Shown here in pieces: positions 12,640 through 20,000 of a stretch of 20,000 nt of DNA. The notes beneath the pieces are model-generated. The model made no database searches. It saw only the letters and a list, made by a program, of their open reading frames with translations, and had not been told where the DNA came from. This DNA comes from Seison nebaliae (taxonomy: Eukaryota), in contig JALJEE010002345.1 of NCBI GenBank assembly GCA_023231475.1, positions 53,131-73,130 on the forward strand, read 5' to 3'. A program made the translations under genes and the position numbers. Each line of letters opens with the position of its first letter. Position 1 is the first letter of the stretch.

Positions 12640-13497
12640 TTAGAATTTGCGAATAACATGAAATGAATAAAAATGATGATTCAATTGAGGAATGAGATGA
12701 ATTTGATGAGAATTGGTTGAATGGAATGATGGGAAATGTATAGCACCATTTGAATGTGAATTGAAAAAGAATAAATGTTCAATTCTACAATGAATTAACA
12801 TCATTCCACACATCATACATGGCTCGTCACTCACATAAACATCACATGAAGTGCAAAGATGACCATTAAATAAAGTTCGGTTACGTTTACAACATTCTCC
12901 CATCCATCTCTTGATTGGATGATCGATTTGTGCGAAATGATTAACAGAATTATTCCTCAATTTCATACAACAATTTTTTCTTTCATTCCTTTCGAATAAG
13001 ATCTCTTCATTTGTCTTTTTGTCCATCACCAATAAAACGTTGTCTTTAGGAAATTTCATTAATTTCATAAGATTCCTTTCAATTTCTATCAGACGTTCTG
13101 ATGAAAAATAACTATTATTTAATATTTGATTAAAATCATTATTCTGATAATTGATTTTACTTCTTATCGGCCATAACATTCGAGCTCGTTCTTCTTGCAT
13201 TTGTGTGAAGATGTCAGCAGGATTAGGAATTGATCGTTGAACGATCGAAATAATCTTCGAAGAAATAACATCAGGAATATCACATTTTCCCATTCCTATC
13301 AATAAAAGGATATGTCCGACTTGTGTTTTATTGATTCTTTGTAATCCTTGTGGAATGGAAAATTGTTTGTTCTTTTGTAAATATTGAATGATATTATTCA
13401 GTTCTTTCGTGTCTACTACTTCACCAACTCTTCCCACCAATCTTCCAACATCTCCAACATATTTACGAGGAATAATTGGAATTAATTCAAATCTCAT
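12640..13497 (-). CDS. ADAT3: tRNA adenosine-34 deaminase non-catalytic subunit (ADAT3/Tad3), single exon, 285 aa
   Basis: The C-terminal signature LCTSCDVYVSDEPCMMCGMMLIHCRI...NGAI...IHLIPQLNHHFYSF matches the ADAT3 pattern YLCTG.D.Y...EPC.MC.M.L.H.RI...GA...H....LNH.F. IDHPI has a hydrophobic residue where active deaminases have the HAE Glu. Confidence 0.88.
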   Translation of the reverse strand: MRFELIPIIPRKYVGDVGRLVGRVGEVVDTKELNNIIQYLQKNKQFSIPQGLQRINKTQVGHILLLIGMGKCDIPDVISSKIISIVQRSIPNPADIFTQMQEERARMLWPIRSKINYQNNDFNQILNNSYFSSERLIEIERNLMKLMKFPKDNVLLVMDKKTNEEILFERNERKNCCMKLRNNSVNHFAQIDHPIKRWMGECCKRNRTLFNGHLCTSCDVYVSDEPCMMCGMMLIHCRIEHLFFFNSHSNGAIHFPSFHSTNSHQIHLIPQLNHHFYSFHVIRKF

Positions 13498-14337
13498 ATT
13501 TTCAAAATAATTCGATATGCTTAAAATTATAAGTAGAAGTATTTTTTAAATGATTGACATTCGATAAAATTAGAAAATATTTGAAAGATAATTATTTTAT
13601 TAGCTTACCAATACCTTTCTCACAATTAGCCTAACAGTGAAAGACCACACAAAACTTGGACGTTCATCAAACATCAATTAATTTTTATCCTTTAAAATAT
13701 CCAATCATAAATCGAGATATGAATCCTTATACATAAATTAAGTTATGAAAGCGAATATAATATAATATAAAGAAAGTAACGTTTATTCTCAAAAGTAGAT
13801 GGAACAAGATATTAAAAAATTTGAAAGAAAAATTAATTTGAAAAAATGATTATTCATATCATTATTATATATATTATCATCATAAAATGATTAGTTTTCG
13901 GCGGGTTGAAAAATGGAGGAAATTCGGTTTGAATGGAAATTCAATCAATCTAGATGATGGCAATGACGGTTTTAAATTGAAAATGATTATAAGAAGTCTT
14001 TTAAAGATATACATATGTATGAGAATCATATGAGAAATAATATAAGAGAGAATAAGATTTGGAATCATTACGATTCCATTAAAATGGTAAAAATATAATT
14101 TTTCGATTTAGAATTGTAGAAAAATTGGTGAAGCAACATTTATTTTGCTTCACTCGTTAGTAAATGGATATCTCGGATTTTCTACCATTCGATGATATGG
14201 TATATGAATTTTTGAAAAATCCAAATTATTCATTCCATCAAATAAGTGGCATAATTTTTTATTTAAATTTATTCTGAATTTCCAATATTTTTTGTATTTT
14301 CAATTCACTTTTCAGTTGGACTTCAAATAATAGATTA

Positions 14338-15640
14338 TTAACAATTTTCGTTCGTTTCCATATCGTTCCTTAGTCTCTTGATTGCAGGCTCACTTTCACC
14401 CATACTTTGTCTTTTCCTTTCTTCATAAGGACCTACCAAAGAAAAACATCCTCTATTTCTTAAGAGTGCTGTTCGACTTCGAGTAAGTATTCCTTTTCGA
14501 ACTGGTAACGAATATCGACTTCTTGTTCGTTTCGCTATTGGAGTGAATTCTTCAATACGATGATTCTGAGATGGATTTGATGGGACAACATCTTCCTCAT
14601 CTGATGACAAAATAATTGATTCTCCTGTAATTGGTAATGTAACAAGAGTGGAAGTGGCAGAATATGATGTGGGCGATCTTGGTGAAACGAGATGTGAATC
14701 TTCCCCACAAGTGGGCGAAGTTGGTGAAACGAGATGTGAATCTTCCCCAGAAGTGGGCGAAGTTGGTGAAATGAGATTTGAATCTTCCCCAGAAGTGGGC
14801 GAAGTTGGTGAAACGAGATCTGAATCTTCACCAGAAGTGGGCGAAGTTGGTGAAACGAGATGTGAATCTACACCAGAAGTGGGCGAAGTTGGTGAAACGA
14901 GATGTGAAATTTCACCACAAGTGAGTGAAGTTGGTGGAACGATATTTGAATCTTCACTACAACTGGACGATACTGATATTAATCGATTTCGATTATTTGG
15001 TATGTTTCTTGAAGATCGTCGAAGTGTAGTTTGTTCATTCTCCGACACATTGGTAGATGATCGACTTCTGGTGGTGATTCTCTCTCTTACTATATCGGTA
15101 GGACGTAAATTGAATATAATATTTCTATCCAATTGATCCTCGGCACTGGGAGAGTCACAATTTATACAAAACCATAAAATTTCTTCATTACCGTTTAAAC
15201 TTAATCCACTACAAACTAAATGTACTTTTAAATCACAGAATGCACATGATAGAATTTCATCGTCATCATTCATTGAACACTCGCAAATATAGCAGACATT
15301 TATAGATGCGTTTTCATCGAACGTCCCAGAATGAACATTAACCTGAAGAAGAAGAATTTGGAGATTCGGATTAAAAAAGAATAATAAACAGATTTCAAAT
15401 ATATCCTCTCCTCCATATCATAAACTTTCAATTGAGTCATCACAAGTCTATCCAACGGACATGTATTCGCCACCTTTAAATCGATTGAGAATATGATAAA
15501 TCAACGAAGATATAAACTTTCGACCATTTGGACAAACAGGACAAACAAAAGACATGACGACATTCATTCGGCATTGCTACATATCGTGGAATTTCGGTAA
15601 CACAAATCGGACACTTCTCTTCGCCTGTTAACTCGTCCAT
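14338..15640 (-). CDS. RING (C3HC4) plus PHD finger protein, PHRF1/Asr1-like, about 403 aa, with a Ser/Pro/Thr repeat region
   Basis: Exons 15640-15518, 15473-15390 and 15342-14338. The RING CPIC...PNECRHVFCLSCLSKWSK|VANTCPLDR resembles PHRF1 (PENCAHYFCLDCIVEWSKNANSCPVDR). It is followed by a PHD finger CYIC...ILSCAFCDLKVHLVC...WFCINC. Confidence 0.85.
14666..14956 (-). repeat. 42-bp coding tandem repeat, about 7 copies, consensus EDSHLVSPTSPTSG
   Basis: The plus-strand unit gaagtgggcgaagttggtgaaacgagatgtgaatcttcccca recurs with 42-nt period and is in frame with the RING-PHD CDS. Confidence 0.95.
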
Positions 15641-16242
15641 TTGTGATCTCTGTGTAAGGAATGAGGAAGGGAAACAGGAGAAGCTTAAGAGAAAATGCTC
15701 ACGTGAAATACTAAACTAAAAATTCGAATTTGAAACTTTAACTCGAAAAATTCAAGTCAAAATGAAAATCTAATTCTTTCTATTTCAAGTTCGCACTTTT
15801 AAATATTATTTTTTATTTATAATTTTTTAAATGGTTTTTAAGTCTGTTAAAAGCAGACTCATATTTCTTGGCAGTTTAAAAGAAGAATTTGAGTCAATTA
15901 GAATAAAAGATGGAAAATTGAAAGACAATATAATTTATAATTTAATTTGTGAATTATAATTTAATCGATAATGTGAGTTCATATTGTGAAATAAATTCAT
16001 ATGAATTTATAATCATATTTAATGACATTTTTAACACTTTTAGATCTCATTTTGGCTAAAATTATGAAGATTCCGATCATCAAAAATTAAAAAAAAAATA
16101 TATATTCTAGGTATTTAAATTTTAAGCTTTAAATAATTCATAATCGTTGTCAAATATTATGTCAAAGACAATATTTATAACGCTTTGACATTTCGGAAAA
16201 CGGATTTGTTATATCGATTAATTATATCTCAACATTCTCAAA

Positions 16243-17102
16243 ATGTACAAATTAATCTACGGTTTCTGGTCGTATTTGACGGAGAAGAGGAATTATTACA
16301 TTCTAATCCTAGGATTGGATAGAGCGGGAAAGACAGTTAATTTCATTTCGACTTGTCTTCCATCCTAGAAAATTAATTGATAGACATATTTAGAACAAAC
16401 GAGAATGAAATTCGATCGTTGTTACAAGAAGCAAAATCTCAATAAAATTACGAGTACAGTTGGTTGTAACAGTTAGTAAATGAATTTAATATGTGAAACA
16501 ATTAATTCGATTAGTTGGCAGTATTGACATGAAGGAAGTACGTTTGAATTTTTGGGATTTGGGTGGAGAAGAAGAACTGCAAAGTTTATGGGATCAAGTT
16601 TTTTCCCTCAACTCATATTCATAACTCCATTCGAAGTATTATGCTGAATGTGACGGAATAATTTATTTAGTTGATTCGAGCGATAACGAAAGACTCGAAC
16701 AATCGTGGCAGACATTCGGTTATTAATTTGTATAAAAATATTCTAAAAAAATTATTTTTTAGATAATTTATTATCATCTCATCATATTGATGGGAAAGCA
16801 GTTTGTATCGCTTGTAATAAACAGGATATCGAGGTTCCTCACAAACTTGAAGAAATAACTTCAATTTAATTAATCACAGAACTGTATGACAGTTGGCGAT
16901 ATACGGAAAGTATTCAATAAATCTGATGAGAAAATTGGCGTACGCGATTTCATCATAACGGCCTGTAGCGCATTAACTGGGTTTATTTACTCTATCACAT
17001 ATCTTTTAATTCAATCATTTTAGTGATGGAATTGGTGAAGGAATTGATTTCATTCACAATTGTGTGAGTCGAATGAAAGTTCGAGATAAAGTGGACGAAT
17101 AA
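16243..17102 (+). CDS. ARFRP1: ADP-ribosylation factor-related protein 1 (Arf-family GTPase), 198 aa
   Basis: Exons 16243-16335, 16384-16471, 16515-16597, 16637-16718, 16763-16833, 16880-16980 and 17024-17102. MYKLIYGFWSY N-terminus (no Gly2), ILILGLDRAGKTTYLEQ, KITSTVGCNIG, FWDLGGEEELQSLWDQYYAEC, NKQD and CSALTG align collinearly with ARFRP1. Confidence 0.95.
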
Positions 17103-17620
17103 TCAGAAACATTCTTGTACATGAAATTCAAATTGGAGAAATTCTTCATAAATCTCTTCAGAAAGTTTAAAAATAAAAAAAAGTTTTAGGAAACTCTTTT
17201 CGGAATAACATTGAACAATTGTAATGTAAATAAACAAGTATTTTTGGGAATTCATCCAAGAAATATTCGAGTTTCTTATTTTCGGAACGATAAAATTAAT
17301 TTTAAATGTAATTGAATGATTTAAAGGATTTTTTTTAAATAAACAATTTCTTCTCACAAAATATTCCTTTATTTCTTTTCATGAAAATGAGGTAAGGTGA
17401 GTTATTTATGTCTGTTAAACTAACACGAGAGGAGAAATGTTACAACTGAAAATAAACATGGAATTCTTCTTCTGATTTATCTGTGATAAGAGTCAGTGTT
17501 ATATCACTTCATATTAGTCAGACCTGTTCAGTTATTCTTATTCTACTGCATAACTTGGTAAATAATAAATTTATTTTAAATGTAAACACGACATAATTTC
17601 TTTTAGAAGGAAATTTACAT

Positions 17621-20000
17621 ATGATGATCAAGAACGATTTTATCAAGAGACTCACCCTCTGTTTCATTATCCTTCAATTGGCTATAGTAAAATCGGATGA
17701 TATCAATTTTGATGAAGATGGAAGTTTTCTTTTAAATCACATTTGCAAATGATTATCATTAGTATATGAATATGTATTCGAGAAAACTATGATTGTTTTT
17801 GGTGATGTGGATGGTGACATAACTATTCCTCAGGATTTTGAAATTAAGTGTGACGATGATTATTATCAAATAGAGTTTATTCTTTGTTTTTTAGCTCGAA
17901 ATATGTAACATGTCTTTAAATTCCAATTTTAGAATAACCAACAACCAAATAACAAAACAATATTTTAGATTATGTGGACAAGGATTATATCCAGAAAGAA
18001 TATATGCTGATAAAATTGTTATAAATTTTACTGGAGATAAATGGAAAGGAAAGTTTAATGCCACATCAATTGCTGGTAGTGCATATGCTCAAGCGAAAAG
18101 TGAATGGACGTTCAAACGTATTAGTGATGGAAGATATAACTTTCTGTGGACACAAACAATTTCAGTGTCACCTAAAGAAATTACTATAAAGAAAGATGAG
18201 AACTTGATCGGAAAATATACTACGAAAAATTTAGGTACTAATAGCCAATGTGAAATAAACCAAAATGATAACACAATAATAATCATTTCTTCTAATTGCA
18301 CCGGAATCAAATTCTCTATACAAGGTTAGAAATAACGACCGAAAGAAAATCATATTTTTCTGAAAAGAATTGAACGTTCCCACTCAAAAAATACCTGGGG
18401 TAACTACAAGTTCGATGATATCGCAAACTGGTGAAGAAACAACTTCAACGATTACAACAAGTACTTTGACGCCAGTCATCATTACATCGCAAACGTTAGA
18501 TCCTCATATAAATTATTTATTAGAAATTTAAGTGAATTTAAGTAAACATAGTAATATCTAGATCATGGATGTCAAATCGGAAGAAACAAAGAGAAAAAAC
18601 CAGTTTTCAGCTTCCTCTGCGTTATAGAGATCCTCTAATGTCAAAACTACAGAATTACATGATTTGTCTCTTCGTTCCTCCCAACTTCACATCCATGATC
18701 TAGAAAGTACTTTAAGGTGTTCATTTGATTGAACTGGAAATTAGAAATGAAATTTTTATAGATAAAGATATTCTATTTCTTATTAATTAAACTTTTTATT
18801 TTTTTAGAACTGTTATACAATTCGGTCCGGGAACGTATACTCAAGAAGGTTCTCCATCATTATATTTATAATAATTTTGTTATTAATGCGGAAAACATCT
18901 TTTTAGATTTAAGTGGATTAATTTGGAGATGTGTAAAATGCGAAATCACATTTAACGCTTTCACACACAACTCCACAACTCAGCTAGAGGAAAATGAAGA
19001 CATTGTGTGTAATGAAAAATATATTCAAATTACGTTAATAATTATTATAATGCATAAAGTTAGTTTAAAATAACTTAATTGAAAAAACAGATCAAAGAAA
19101 GGAGAAGAATCATACAAAGGTTTCCACGTTTGTTCGAATCTAATTAAACCGGTAAAATTCAATGGTGATTCAATCGAAATCCGTTTAAGTCAGCAGTTTG
19201 ATATTGAAATGGAATGGACTTCTATTGGTTTGTAACGTTTAGAATAAATTATTTGTCGAATATTTATTAGCTGCAGAATCTCCTATTTCAAGTTGGACAG
19301 CGGAATATAAAATCGATTCGTTGGCAACACCAGGGTCTACCTCAAACTACAATTTCTTCTCATCTTCTAAGATCGTCCAAATTAATGTAGACTCCTTTTT
19401 GTCTACTTCATTGAGTTTAGAACCTACAGGAGATTGTGGAATATCAAAATATTTGAATGGTGATGGTGTATTAAATGATCATTTCGACAATTTAAAGTTC
19501 TCAAAAGAATGTGATGATGAGGATGTTTCAATTTATATGTTTTAGCTTTTAATTTTAAACTGTAAGAAAACTGATAATAAAACTTTTTAAACAGTAAAAT
19601 ATTGAACATAGTAAGTACAACACCAAAAACAACAATGACGACAACAACGACGACAACGACGACAACAACAACAACAACAACAACAACAACGACAACAACG
19701 ACAACGACAACAACGACAACAACGACAACAACTACAACAACGACAACAACTACAACTACTACAACAACAACAACTACTACGACAACGACAACTACTACAA
19801 CAACAACTACGACTACAACTACTACTACAACAACGACAACTACGACAACTACAACTACAACTACAACAACCACAACGACTACTACAACTTCGACAACTTC
19901 TACAACAATAACTACGACAACTACAACAACTTCAACTACAGCTTCAATTACAACAACAACTACCAAAACAACTACAGCAAAATTAATGTTCTATGTGGTT
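17621..20000 (+). CDS. Secreted mucin-like protein with two CUB-like modules and a poly-Thr stalk (paralog B); 3' end outside the window
   Basis: Phase-consistent exons 17621-17723, 17763-17874, 17933-18324, 18368-18494, 18808-18848, 18907-19033, 19091-19227, 19271-19538 and 19595->19987. Signal peptide RLTLCFIILQLAIVKS. Cores KCDDDYYQI...LCGQGLYP and VCNEKYIQI...VCSNLIKPVKFNGDSIEI. Confidence 0.75.
18564..18697. mobile_element. 134-bp MITE, hAT-Charlie/Buster-like, intronic
   Basis: Termini CATGGATGTCAAA...TTCACATCCATG, with an imperfect inverted repeat extending about 36 bp. Flanking 8-mers ATCTAGAT (18556-18563) and ATCTAGAA (18698-18705) match at 7/8 positions and fit the NTCTAGAN target consensus of Charlie-type hATs. 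Confidence 0.7.
19617..19976 (+). repeat. Thr-rich (ACN)n coding tract; 84 consecutive Thr codons at 19638-19889
   Basis: All codons are ACA/ACG/ACT/ACC, with variation confined to the third position. The tract is in frame with the spliced paralog B CDS. Confidence 0.9.

Noticed and set aside
12640..13497. Intronless Cys-rich ORF initially suspected to be viral or horizontally acquired
   Set aside because: The motifs identify it as ADAT3, and the missing catalytic Glu is normal for this subunit.
13887..14340. Possible small plus-strand spliced gene between ADAT3 and the RING-PHD gene
   Set aside because: Coding-like patches and a GTT...AAG segment exist, but I could not build a consistent stop-free model or recognise any homology.
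14648..15136. Plus-strand 162-aa repeat ORF and the minus 98-aa alternative frame; CRISPR-like appearance of the 42-bp repeat
   Set aside because: These are shadows of the coding tandem repeat. The units are contiguous with no unique spacers, and the context is eukaryotic.
19424..19966. Minus-strand poly-Val ORF
   Set aside because: Antisense shadow of the plus-strand poly-Thr tract.

Overview
AT-rich, gene-dense eukaryotic DNA, almost certainly from a compact-genome invertebrate; I cannot identify the taxon. Manual splicing gives seven protein-coding genes. (1) A >2,260-aa secreted zonadhesin/FCGBP-like protein with 4x VWD-C8-TIL-EGF, a Thr stalk and at least 3 SUEL lectin-like domains (minus strand, runs off the left edge). 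(2,7) Two paralogous secreted proteins with tandem CUB-like modules, the second carrying an 84-Thr tract. (3) Gankyrin/PSMD10. (4) Intronless ADAT3/Tad3, ending only 71 bp upstream of PSMD10. (5) A short PHRF1/Asr1-like RING-PHD protein with about 7 RNA Pol II CTD-like (VSPTSPT) repeats. (6) ARFRP1 with Glu in place of the catalytic Gln79. A hAT-Charlie-like MITE sits in the only long intron. The most striking signal is in the splicing code: all 39 introns I could model begin GTT (+3 U invariant, never GTA/GTG), 38 of them are 39-58 nt long, and AAG acceptors are frequent, which suggests a re-tuned spliceosome.
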